The notes under the pieces are model-generated. The model searched no databases, was not told the DNA's origin, and was given only the letters and a program-made list of their open reading frames with translations. A stretch of 64,000 nt of DNA from Squalus acanthias. Lineage: Eukaryota. Position numbers and translations under genes: made by a program. Shown piece after piece: positions 37,901 through 49,698 of the stretch (the first letter of the stretch is position 1; every line of letters begins with the position of its first letter). Where the stretch lies: assembly GCA_030390025.1 (NCBI GenBank), contig CM059432.1, positions 122,018,001 through 122,082,000 of the forward strand. The letters run 5' to 3'.

Positions 37901-38810
37901 CTCGCACCAAGTCCCGTTCGCCCATCTCCCCTGTGCTCGCTGACCTACATTGGCTCCCGGTTAAGCAGCGCCTCAATTTCAAAATTCTCATCCTTGTTTT
38001 CAAATCCCTCCATGGCCTCGCCCTTCCCTATCTCTGTAATCTCCATCAGCCCCACAACCCCCCGAGATATCTGCGCTCCTCTAATTCTGCCCTCTTGAAG
38101 ATCCCTGATTATAATCGCTCAACCTTTGGTGGCTGTGCCTTCTGTTGCCGAGGCCCTAAGCTCTAGAATTCCCTGCCTAAACCTCTCCGCCTCGCTACCT
38201 CTCTTTCCTCCTTTAAGACGCTCCTTAAAACCCACCTCTTTGACCAAGCTTTTGGTCACCTGCCCTAATTTATCCTTATGTGGATTGGCATCAAATTTTT
38301 TGTCTTAAAATACTCCTGTGCAGCGCCTTGGGACGTTTTACTATGTTAAAGGCGCTATATAAATACAAGTTGTTGTTGTTATATTAGGGGATAATCCCCC
38401 ATTATTACTACTCTATAGTTCTCGCACCACATTGTAATTTCCCTGCAAATTTGCTCCTCTATATCTTTCCCACTAGTTGGTGGCCTATAGGATACACCTA
38501 GTAGTGTAATGGCCCCTCTATTATTTCTGAACTTTTACCAGATTCTGTCCTTGACCCTCCAGGACATCCTCTCCCTCCAGCACTGTAACATTCGCCTTAA
38601 CCAATGCTGCCACCCGACCTCCTTTCTTTCTTTTCCTATCTTTCCTGAACACCTTATATCCAGAAATATTTAAAACCCAATCCTGCCCTTTTTTGAGCCA
38701 GGTCTCCATTATCGCCACAACATCATATTCCTTTGTGGCTATTTGCGCCTGCAGCTCACCAACCTTATTTATCACACTTTGTGCATTCACACACATGCAC
38801 TGTAAACCTG
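34945..38810 (-). mobile_element. CR1 LINE ORF2 region, decayed, with an L2 inserted
   Basis: APE (38521-38796), RT (36054-37073), C-terminus and 3' tail near 34950. Confidence 0.9.
37397..38380 (+). mobile_element. 5'-truncated L2 LINE with (TTG)n tail
   Basis: YVDDTQLY, SRLDYSNALL and LHWLPV motifs; 3' AAAGGCGCTATATAAATACAAG(TTG)n. Confidence 0.9.
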
Positions 38811-39030
38811 TCTGCTGTTTGCTAATGACACAAAGATAGGCGGCACTATAAGCAGTATAGATGGAAGTATAAAATTACAAAGAGATATTAATAGATTACG
38901 TGAATGGGCAAAACTGTAGCAAATGGATTTCAATGCAGGCAAGTGTGAGGTCGTCCACTTTGTAGCTAAAAAGGATTGGTCAGAGTACTTTCTAAATGGT
39001 GAATAGCTAGAAACAGTGGAGGTCCAAAGA

Positions 39031-39160
39031 GACGAAGGGTCATCGACCTGAAACGTTAACTCTGTTCCTTTCTCCACAGATGCTGCCTGACCTGCTAAGT
39101 ATTTCCAGCATTTTCTGTTTTTATTTCAGATTTCCAGCATCCGCAGTATTTTGCTTTTGT
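39031..39160 (+). repeat. Penelope pLTR-derived repeat with a truncated hammerhead core
   Basis: GACGAAGGGTCATCGACCTGAAACGTTAAC...; 5' CU of the core is missing. Confidence 0.7.
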
Positions 39161-39196
39161 ATCCATGTACAATGATTGTTGAAATGTCATGGACAG

Positions 39197-39752
39197 TGTG
39201 GGAGTGAAAGTCCGTATTACCTGAATACCTCGCTATTCTTTCTGCACAGTCTGTGTGATCAGCACACGCTGGGTTAAAAGTTCAAACAGCTTTCTGCTGA
39301 GCGGCTGTAAATTGGCTAAGAGGATTTTGGGGAAAGGATGTCGTAGGGGGAAATATAATAGTAGGATGTGTAAGAATCCTTCAGCCATATCTGAATGTGT
39401 CAACTTGATAACTCTGTTTAGGGAGTGAAAGGTTTTATTGCGGCAATAAAACAATTAGAAGAGTTGAGAGCCTGGATGTTTAGTTTATGTTGTTATTCTG
39501 TAGCATTTGCATGTACCTTGATTTATTGACAGTATGCATGGAATGTAGTGATCAAAGGGGAAAATGTAAGGGAACACTTATTAGCAGCTCACACTGGAAT
39601 CATGGAAAGTGTGTATCTCAGCAGCTCTCATACTGGTTTTGTGTAGGATGAGGTTTCAATAAAGACCTGATCCTGCATTACCACAACTGAGTGTGTGTGT
39701 AATCTGACGTTTAAAGCAACAAAACAAAAAAGAACAAGAAAGCAGTCCAACA
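39197..39752 (+). mobile_element. Putative 5' LTR (556 bp) of an LTR retroelement/ERV
   Basis: TGTGGGA...TCCAACA inverted ends, TATA-like motif at ~39353, AATAAA at ~39445 and ~39658; PBS follows after 3 nt. Confidence 0.7.
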
Positions 39753-39755
39753 TCT

Positions 39756-39773
39756 TGGTGACCCCGATGTGAT
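39756..39773 (+). promoter_or_regulatory. Primer-binding site complementary to tRNA-Trp
   Basis: TGGTGACCCCGATGTGAT, one mismatch from the canonical Trp PBS TGGTGACCCCGACGTGAT. Confidence 0.85.
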
Positions 39774-40761
39774 ATTTTCGAATTTTGTTAGTCAAAGTTG
39801 GTCCGAGGAAGTGTTTCCCACACATCAGTTCGAGTATTCTCTTAGTTGTTGTGACTTAAAGGGATCTCCAGCCATAGGAGGCTCAGGGAATATTACTGAT
39901 GAGGTTCGGTCATTTCCTAATGAAGGGATTGAGTCTAAAGGGGGCGCCTATGGGATAGGGCAGGAAACAATGACAGGAGGATGGAGAGAGACACAGCAGT
40001 CCTTAGTGGAAAGTGTCCGGTTAAAAAAAATGAAGGTGTTAGGGTTAAAAAGTGATAAAAAGAGAAAAGCATTAGTGTTACAGTGTCTAATGCTGGGGAT
40101 TCAAAAGTTAGGAGAAGAGGCTCAGGCTAGACATAGAGAAGTCTCAGAACTTACAGAACAGCTAGTAGCAGTCAGGAAAGAGGTAGAAAACTGGCGATTC
40201 CAGGTGCTCAGAGCAGCCGGGACTGTTCTGACGCTGGATCAGCATCTTGCAGATGAACAGAACCATAATCAAGATTTAGAGAAAGGAATATCTAAGCTGC
40301 AACAGATGGCGGTATTAGCTTGCCCAGCTGAGACAGAAATTGATGAAGCCTGGTAGTGTTCAGAGGATTTTCCATGTCCAAGAGTTGAAAAGGGGATTAG
40401 GGGACAGGGAGCATGCCCACCGTTCCCTTCCGCACCTCCTTTGTCTTCTCCGGCTTTGGAACCTCGAACCCGCATGGTTCGAGTGGCAATGTTAGGTATG
40501 GAGGCGGAGCAGTTAGAAGCCTCTTCGGCTCCTCAGACGCTTGTCACCCCACAACAGTACAAACGACCTTCCGGTAATGCGGAGAGTGGTGGAAGCACGT
40601 TCAGGCGGACAAAGCAAGAGCATGATCATGAAACTTCGACTCCCTATGGAGCTCGTGAAGTGAACACTACCTTTAGTGATTTGGGGGATTCCTGGTATGA
40701 GCGACGAGGGGTAAAGTTACAGGACATGAGAGCTATCCCTGCCCATTGGCCCCTGATGTGA
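39769..40761 (+). pseudogene. Gag-like frame of the LTR element, one internal stop at 40354-40356
   Basis: ORFs 39769 and 40441 share a frame; basic segment, predicted coiled coil, PSAPP motif at ~40426-40440; lies directly after the PBS. Confidence 0.6.
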
Positions 40762-41165
40762 CACGGCCTAACGAGAGGTCCTAAAAAGGGGCCGCTGCAG
40801 GCTGCTCCAAAAACGGAGAAAATGTTCTTTTCCCATTAATGGGAGGCCAGGAGGAGCAGGAGCAGGAGTGCTGGCCGGCTGCATGCAAATAAGGCCCGAC
40901 CACCAAACCGCTTCGGGCCTCTCGCTGCTGTGACTGGGCAGGTGGCCTGATCACAATGCCCGATGCTCACCCGAATACCGCAGCAACCCAAAATCGGCCT
41001 CATTGAAGGCTAATGACAAGAATTTCCTCGGAGCTGTTCCCACTCCACCATCATAACTTTGCTGGAAGTGCGGCAGAAACCCTGTTTACCTGTGGAAATG
41101 GAAACTCCTGGTCGAAGACAGCTAAAGTAAGTAGATACCGAATAATAGAGCAATGATTTTAACAA

Positions 41166-42228
41166 CATAGAAACATAGAAACATAGAAGATAGGAGCGGG
41201 AGTAGGCCATTCGGCCCCTCGAGCCTGCTCCGCCATTCGATGAGATCATGGCTGATCATCTAAACTCAGTACCCTGTACCTGCCTTCTCCCCATATCCCT
41301 TGATACCTTTAGCTTTAAGAAATATATCTAACTCATCCTTGAATATATTTAATGACTTGGCCTCAACTACCTTCTGTGGTAGAGAATTCCACAGGTTCAC
41401 CACTCTCTGGGTGAAGAAATTCTTCCTCATTTCTGTCCTAAATGGCTTACCCGTTATCCTTAGATTATGACCCCTGGTTCTGGACTCTCCGACCATCGGG
41501 AACATTCTTCCTGCATCTAGTTTGTCCAGACCTGTCAGAATTTTATATGTTTCGATGAGATCCCCTCTCATTCTTCTATACTCCAGCGAGTATAAGCCCA
41601 ATTGACCCAATCTCTCCTCATATGTCATTCCTGCCATCCCAGGTATCAGCCTTGTGAATCTTCGCTGAACTCCTTCCATGGCAAGAACATCCTTCCTCAG
41701 ATAAGGCGACCAAAACTGCACACAGTACTCAAGGTGTGGTCTCACCAAGGCCCTGTACAACTGCAGCAGGACATCCCTGTTCCTATACTCAAACCCTTTT
41801 GCTATGAAGGCCAACATACCATTTGCCTTCTTCACCGCCTGCTGCACCTGCATGCTTACTTTCAGCGACTGGTGCACAAGGACACCCAGGCCTTGTTGCA
41901 CTTCCCCTTCTCCCAATCTATTGCCATTCAGATAATAGTCTGCCTTTCTGTTTTTGACACCAAAGTGGATAACCTCGCATTTATCCACATTATATTGCAT
42001 CTGCCACGCTTCTGCCCACTCACCCAACCTGTCCAAATCATCCTGGAGTTTCTCGGTATCCTCCTCGCAGCACACACTCCCACCCAGCTTTGTGTCATCT
42101 GCAAACTTGGAGATATTACATTTAGTTCCCTTATCTAGATCATTAATGTATATTGTGAATAGCTGGGGTCCAAGGACCGATCCCTGCGGTACCCCACTAG
42201 TCACTGCTTGCCACTCGGAAAAAGACCC
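41166..42228 (-). mobile_element. 5'-truncated CR1 with open ORF2 C-terminus (312 aa) and (CATAGAAA)n tail
   Basis: GVPQGSVLGP, KFADDTK and RPHLEYCVQFW motifs. Confidence 0.93.
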
Positions 42229-43755
42229 ACAACAACTTGCATTTATATAGCACCTTTAACAAGGTGCTATTTTTCACTGGGGGCTAAATTTAGCGCCCAG
42301 GCGAAGTTAGCGACCCAAAATGGTCGCTAACGAATTTTTCATGGACTTTTTAAACATTACTGGGGGAGAAAGGTTCCTCGTTTCGTTCTCCGGGCGGAAA
42401 AGAGGGCCAAAAAAGACCAATTTTACGGGGCTATGTTCTGCGCCCCAAGGCCCTCTGAAATATTGGCCTTGAACAATATTTAGGCATCCTGGGCACCTGC
42501 ATTAAATAGGTGTTGGGCCCCTTAAATATGTTAATGAGGGGCCTAATGCCTGTTTAAGGACCTGTTTATACTCACAAAATGATTTATTTATTGAAATAAC
42601 AACCATTGTTTCAGCAGCTGTACTTTGGCTCTAAATATTAGTGAGTTTGAATTCCATTGAATAGTGTCATGTTTTGAGATTTTTTGATCACTTTTCCAAG
42701 GTAACAATTTAGAAAAAAGAATTACATTTAATGATACTGTTTTAAAGCAAAGTGTATTCATACAACTTTGAGAAAAAGGCTCGGAGTCAAAAGCTGATTA
42801 AAATGTTGAGGAGCCAGGCTTTTGAGGTTGTTGCCCCAAAGACTATAAACAAGAAGCAGCGCGTTAGCCTGTTGTGGTACTTGGTGAACTTCTCACAGCC
42901 TTTGTGCTGTGAAATCCCTGGTCCCAGGCACTCAGCAGGGGTTGTCTGGCAGAGGCCTTTTCTGTGTGAACACAGGGAGGTAAAAACAGCGAGACGCATG
43001 GAGTCAGTCCGGTTTTAAAACAGGAACTTCAAGGGCAAGCTTTTGCCAGGCTTAGAAGAACAGAATGCAGTAGAATAATTAGAAATAATTTTATTTAAGC
43101 TAAGTAAGATGATTCAGTGATGTGGGGAAACATAGCGTATTATTACTTGTATTATTATTCAAAGACATAAGAACATAAGAAATAGGAGCAGGAGTAGGCC
43201 ATTCGGCCCTTCGAGCCTGCTCCGCCATTCAATAAGATCATGGCTGATCTTCTACCTCAACTCCACTTTCCTGCACTATCCCCATATCCCTTGATTCCCT
43301 TAATACCCAAAAATCTATCGATCTCTGTCTTGAATATACTCAATGACTGAGCCTCCACAGCCCTCTCGGGTAGGGAATTTCAAAGATTCACCACCCTCTC
43401 AGTGAAGAAATTTCTCCTCATCTCAGTCCTAAATGACCGACCCCTTATTCTGAGATTGTGACCCCTGGTTCTAGACTCCCCAGCCAGGGGAAACATCCTC
43501 CCTGCATCTACCCTATCAAGCCCTGTAAGAATGTTATATGTTTCAATGAGATCACCTCTTATTCTTCTAAACGCTAGAGAATATAGGCCTAGTCTATTCA
43601 ATCTCTCCTCATAGGACAATCCCCCAATCCCAGGAATCAGTCTGGTGAACCTTTGTTGCACTCCCTCTATGGCAAGTATATCCTTCCTTAGGTAAGGAGA
43701 CCAAAACTGTACATAATACTCCAGGTGTGGTCTCACCAGGGCCCATAATCAAATC

Positions 43756-43922
43756 GATAGCAAAATACTGCGGATGCTGGAAATCCGAAATAACAACAGA
43801 AAACGCTGGAAAAACTCAGCAGGCCTGATGAAAGGTCATCGACCTGAAACGTTAACTCTCTTTCTCTCTCCACGGATGCTGCCTGGCCTGCTGAGTTTTT
43901 CCAGCGTTTTCTGTTGTTATTT
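43756..43922. mobile_element. Non-autonomous palindromic Penelope-derived element with hammerhead core; 14-bp TSD
   Basis: CCCATAATCAAATC at 43742-43755 and 43923-43936; inverted arms around CTGATGAAAGGTCATCGACCTGAAACGTT. Confidence 0.8.
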
Positions 43923-45033
43923 CCCATAATCAAATCCTCTTGTATTAAAGGCCAACATACCTTTTGCTTTCCTAAATTGCTTGCTGTACCTGCATGTTAA
44001 CTTTCAGTGATTCGTGTACAAGGACACCCAGGTCCCTTTGAATACCAACATTTCCCAATCTCTCACCATTTAAAAAATACTTTTCTATTTTAGCTACCAA
44101 AGTGGATAACTTCACCTTTCTCCACATTTGCCATGTTCTTGCCCGCTCACTTAGCTTGTCTATATCCCCTTGAAGCCTTTTTGCATCCTCCTCATAACTT
44201 ACATTCCCACCCAGCTTTGTATCATCAGCAAACTTGGATATATTACATTTGGTCCCCTCATCCAAATCATTGATATAGATTGTGAATAGCTGAGGCCCAA
44301 GCACTGATCCTTGTGGTACCCCACTAGTTACAGCCTGCCAAACCAAAAATGACCAGTTTATTCCTACTCTCTGTTTTCTGTCTGTTAACCAATCCTCAAT
44401 CCATGCTAGTATATTACTCCCCAATTCCATGAGCCCTAATTTTGTTTAATAACCTATTGTGTGGCACCTTATCGAATGCCATCTGAAAATCCAAATACAC
44501 CACATCCTCTGGTTCCCCCTTATCTATTCTTCTAGTTACATCCTCAAAAAACTCTAACAGATTGGTCAAACACAATTTCCCTTTCATAAATCCGTGTTGA
44601 TCTGCCCAATCCTATTATTATTATTATTTTCTAAGTGCTCTGTTACCACGTCCTTAATAATAGATTCTAACATTTTCCCTACTACTGATGTCAGGCTAAC
44701 TGGTCTGTAGTTCCCCGTTTTCTCTCTCCCTCCTTTCTTAAATAGTGGGGTTACATTTGCTACCTTCCAATCCACGGGAACCGTTCTAGAATCTATGGAA
44801 TTTTGGAAAATGACAACCAATGCATCCACTATCTCTATAGCCACCTCTTTCAAAACCCTATGATGTAGGCCATCAGGTCATGGGGATTTATTGGTTTTCA
44901 GTCCCATTAATTTCTCCAGTACTAATTTTTTACTAATACTAATTTCTTTCAGTACCACATTCTCGCTAGACCCTTGGTTCTGCACTAATTCCAGAAAGTT
45001 TTTTGCGTCTTATTCTGTGAAGACTGACACAAA

Positions 45034-45506
45034 GGGCTGAATTTTCCAAGCCCCGAGGAGGCGGGCATGGAGGCGGGACTGCCGGTAAATTCGGAGAAAG
45101 TGGGGGCGGATGGGGAGAGCCGACATCCTGCTTGTCAATTTCACAGACTGGTTGTTGGAACCTCTGTTCCAACAGCCATGTGAAATTTACAAATTTGAAA
45201 GGTTTGATGAGTCCTGAACACAAGGCCTCATCAAACTAAAGAGAATGTCAGTGTTTGACAGCTTCACAGAGCTGTCAAACGTTGACTTTTCTTCTTTGAA
45301 GAAGTCTTGACAGATAGCTCGTCTGACGTTGACGTGATCTGTCAGTGACTTCGTCCCTAATTGGCCTGCTGAGCCCGCAGGGCGGGCTTAACAAGCTCAA
45401 TCAGGGGAAAATCCCTCTGGTTGGTCAGGCGAGGATGGAGGCAGGACATTGACACGACAAGCAGCTGTCCCGCCTCCAACTCGCCTCCATTCACAAAATC
45501 CAGCCC
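45034..45506. mobile_element. Family B MITE, internally deleted (473 bp), TSD AAA
   Basis: TIR GGGCTGAATTTT / AAAATCCAGCCC; AAA at 45031-45033 and 45507-45509. Confidence 0.88.
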
Positions 45507-46459
45507 AAAGTATTTATTTAATTTCTCTGCCATTTCCTTATTCTCCATTATAATTTTTCCTGTCTCAGCCTGTAAGGGACCCCCATTTCACTAATCTTTT
45601 CCTTTTTACATACCTATAGAAGCTTTCACAGTCTATTTTTATGTCTCTCGCTAATTTTCTCTCATATACTATTTTGCCTTTCATTATCAATTTCTTGGTC
45701 CTCCTTTGCTGAATTCTAAAATCCTCCCAACCCTTAGGCTTACTATTCTTTTTGGCAACATTATAAGCCTCTTCCTTTGATCTAATACTATCTTGAACTT
45801 CTCATGTTAGCCACGATTGGACTACTTTTCCTGTGGGGTTTTTGTGCCTCAAAGGAATGTATATTTGTTGTAAATTATGTATTAATTCTTTAAATGCTAG
45901 ACATTGCTTCTCTACCATCATACCTTTTAATGTAGTTTTCCAATCTACCTTAGCCAACTCGTCCCTCATACCTACGTAGTTTGCTTTGTTTAGATTTAAG
46001 ACCCTAGTTTCGGATTTAACTAAATCACTTGCAAACTCAATATAAAATTCTATCATATTGGCCCGTATTTTCTGATCCCAACGAGTGTGTACGAGCTTAA
46101 GGGGGAAAAATTAGGTCGCGCCCTGTTTGGGGCGCAAATATTGTCTGGACGCAAATATTAGTGCCTGGCGCTAATTATCGCCACTGACTGGAAACTTCAC
46201 TTTTACCGCCCCGGGAGGTGAGTGGAGCGCTAAATCAGGCACTGCACACCTGTCTTAAGGCGCAAAGGCCGAGCAGTGAGGCGCTAACTCAGCGCGCGAG
46301 CGCAGCGCAGGTGCTGCCAGTTAGCGAGGGAACACAGACACACTGGCGCCGGCCAGTTCTTAAAGCGGGGGGGGCCAACTTGCTCCCCAGCCACACCCTG
46401 CTCATTGCAGCCTTGAATCTCGGCCTGGAGAGACCTGTGAATCCATTTTGCTGCCAAGG

Positions 46460-48225
46460 ATGGAGAGGGTGAGAGAACGAGCTCAGCGCTTCACCGAGCG
46501 GGCCTTGGATGCTCTGGTTGGCGCGGTGGAGCGCAGAAGATGTATACTCTTCCCTGAGAGTGGCAGGAGGCCTTTGCCACGCGAGTACAGAAGAGTGTGG
46601 AGGGAGGTGGCTCAGAGTGTCTCCTCCAGGAGCATGGTGCCCAGGACCCATGTTCAATTCCGCAAAAAGTTCAACGACCTCACTCGGGTCGTCAGGGTGA
46701 GTGGCTTTTTCTCAATACCTCTCCATCTCTCCATCTCAACCTCACTCTATGGCCAGAGGGTCTTAAAACCCCAATGCACAACACTCATCCAACACCTATG
46801 GCCCTTTCATGAAACACACACACACATTCCACACTTTGCATACAGTAAGGGCTATTCACCTATGGGAGGCACATCAGGCAAGACAATGGCTGTATATTTA
46901 CTCAGATGCTGTCCTTTTTCTTGCAGGCCAAGCTGGCGCATAATAGGAGACAGCAGCAATGGACAGGTGGAGGGCGGCCTCAGCTGCAACCCCTCAGCGA
47001 TCTTGAGGAGCGCGTCCACAGGATTGTGGCAAGCCGGGTGATCGGTCCCGTCGCCACTGGAGACGCCGACCCCGTTCTGGACAGCAATGGTAAGGTCATC
47101 ACCTTTTTGTCCTCTGTCCTTCCACTTGTCCCTCACAACACCAGCCTTTGACACTTTCAATCCAACTTGCTAACTCGCTGCACTTATTCCTCCCTTACTG
47201 CCACCCTGTCCTCACGCTAAAGCCACTCTTGTACCTCCCTGCTTTCAGATGGTGATTCACCAGCTGAGGAGACGGGCCGTGAAGCTGCCAGTGGGAGTGA
47301 AGCTGCAGCCGAGGAGGAAGAGGAAGCCGGAGCATCAGTGCCACCCTCTCCCGAGGAAGCCCATGCCCACACTGGGAACACGCCTTCCCTGGAGGGGAGC
47401 AGGGGGGAAGGGTCTGATGAGGGTGAAGCTCCAGGACCCAGCGGGCTGCAGCAATGCCATGGGGGTAGGGAAGAACGGGGGCCTTCTCCCCAGAGGGAGA
47501 GTATGCCAGCGACTCCTACTGCAATGGACGCAGAGGAGGAGCGGCTGATCGCAGAAATGAATACCCAGGTGGTGGGCATGCACACTGAGCTCATGGGTGC
47601 AGTGGGAAGGGTGCCCGAATGCATTGAGTCACTGGCAAGGAGTGTGGAGCACTTCGCTGTAGCACAGGCGGATGCCACACTAACGCTTAGTGCTGCAATT
47701 CAGTCACTGACTGCCGTGATCCCATCTCTGACTGCTCTCATGCAGACTCAGATTGAGGCCACGCGAGCACTGACTGCTGCCAACCTCGATGGTTCGTTCA
47801 CATGTCCCCGGGGCTCTCACCGCGCCGCAGCAGGCCAGCAATCTGTGCTCCAGCAGATTGCTCCGGATGCTGAAGTGCTGCCCCGTGGGAGTGCCAGTGT
47901 GTCGGTCGAGCAGGGAGTTGCTGTCCTCTCTCACGATGACAGCATTCCTGCTGCCAACACTGTCACTTCTCCACTGCACTTGCCACCGCCTGCAGGACAG
48001 ACTGCTGCCGCCCATGCAGAGTTGGTGCAGTCCGCAGCCGGGCCCTCCAGGCCCAGAACTGGTCGAGGCCGTCCTTCAGGGGCATCTGCAGTGTCAGGGT
48101 CTGACAATCAGCAGCCTTCCACCAGCCTTGCTGCAGCCACTGAGGTCCCATTACGGAGGAGCAGTAGGGTTAGAAGGGGGGAAGTGCGCAAGGGAAGGAG
48201 ATCACCCTCGAAGGGCAAAAAGTAG
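46460..48225 (+). CDS. Harbinger ORF2 Myb/SANT-like protein, 3 exons (46460-46696, 46927-47089, 47249-48225), ~458 aa
   Basis: Canonical GT-AG sites at the same positions as copy 1; spliced 1377 nt is open. Confidence 0.85.
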
Positions 48226-48537
48226 GAGGTGTGACAAAATGCTGGTCATTTTTTTATTAAAGGCCGAGGTTCGTAGTCCAACTTTTGTCTAGTGTTTTGG
48301 ACATTATCTCCAGGTTGTGAGAACCAGTTATGTTAATGACTGTTTTTTTGTGTTTATTTCTATGAGTTTGTCATGAGGAAATGACACACACAGAGTTTGT
48401 AAAATAAATAAGTTTTTGTATTCAAAATATACATATTTGGTGTTTGGAATCATTGGTGCCTTGGCAGGCTTAGGGGTTGCGTGCTGGGTTCATTGATGTT
48501 GTTAGCAATGGCAGGAGCCATTTCCACAGCAGAGGCC

Positions 48538-49698
48538 CTAGAAGCGGCTTGCTATCAGCCGTTGACGGACGGCCCTTGCAGTTTCACCATTGTGGGCCGC
48601 CCTCCCGCCTTGGTGCTGCTGATGATCATCCTCCTCGTCCTCTTCCTCCTCTTCCTCCTCCTCCTCTGGTGGCGCTCCAAGGCCTGGTGGCATTGGCTGG
48701 GTCCTGACGATTGCCATGTTATGCAACATGCAGCACACAACTACGAAGTTGGATACTCGCTCAGGCGAGTACTGCAGGGCTCCTCCAGAATGGTCGAGAC
48801 AGCGGAACCGTTGCTTGAGCACACCGATTGTGCGCTCAATGATGTTCCTGGTAGCTTGATGGCTCTCATTGTACCGCAGCTCAGCAGGGGTGTTGGGCGT
48901 ACGGAGCGGTGTCATCAGCCAGGTGCTCAATGGATACCCCTTGTCCCCGAGAAGCCAACCAACTGGCTGATGCGGTGCCTCGAAAAGTTCTGCCACAGTA
49001 GTCTGGCGCAGGATGAAAGCATCGTGGCAGCTGCCAGGATAGTGGGCATTGACAGCGAGTATCAGCTGTCTGTGGTCACAGACCAACTGAACATTCAAGG
49101 AATGGAACCCCTTTCTGTTCCGGAATTCCTCGGCATTCTCATGTGGAGCACGCAAAGCCACATGCGTGCAGTCAATGGCGCCCTGCACCATGGGGAAGCC
49201 CGCTATCCTCGCAAAGCCCAGAGCGCGGTCACGCTGCTTGTCTGGGGTCATGGGGAAAGAGATGAACTCTCGTCTCCTTTTAAAGAGGGCATTTGTGACC
49301 TGCCGGATGCAGCAATGCACCGCGAACTGGGAGATATTGGCGAGGTCCCCAGCAGCAGCTTGAAATGAGCCAGTAGCATAGAAGTTGAGAGCCACTGTGA
49401 CCTTCACTGCCACCGACAGAGACGTCCTGGACCTCAGTTGAGGCTGCAGATCTGGCTGCAGCAGGTGGCAGAGCTCAGTGACCACCTCCTTGCTGAATCG
49501 CAGCCTTCGCAAACACAGCTCCTCAGACATATGAATGTAGGTGAGCTGTTCACGATATACCCTGGGAGGGTAAGCTCTCCTGTACATACGCCTGTTGGCC
49601 CTCCTCCATCTGGCCATCATTGCCACTCTCTCTCTGCGTCTCTGTGTCCTCCGATTCAGCTGGAGCAGGACGATGCCCCCAATCAGTGCAGCCCCCAT
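48538..49698 (-). CDS. Harbinger DDE transposase, intact (ATG at 49698)
   Basis: AIDCTH, GSCHD, GDKGY and IERTIG motifs; about 24 of 386 residues differ from copy 1 (manual count). Confidence 0.93.
   Translation of the reverse strand: MGAALIGGIVLLQLNRRTQRRRERVAMMARWRRANRRMYRRAYPPRVYREQLTYIHMSEELCLRRLRFSKEVVTELCHLLQPDLQPQLRSRTSLSVAVKVTVALNFYATGSFQAAAGDLANISQFAVHCCIRQVTNALFKRRREFISFPMTPDKQRDRALGFARIAGFPMVQGAIDCTHVALRAPHENAEEFRNRKGFHSLNVQLVCDHRQLILAVNAHYPGSCHDAFILRQTTVAELFEAPHQPVGWLLGDKGYPLSTWLMTPLRTPNTPAELRYNESHQATRNIIERTIGVLKQRFRCLDHSGGALQYSPERVSNFVVVCCMLHNMAIVRTQPMPPGLGAPPEEEEEEEEEDEEDDHQQHQGGRAAHNGETARAVRQRLIASRF

Larger units (their letters stand above)
34800..39196 (+). mobile_element. 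Plus-strand CR1 RT fragment (34800-34940 + 38818-39196) split by a minus-strand CR1
   Basis: GVPQGSVLG...HISK continues as FANDTKIG at ~38818. Confidence 0.7.
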
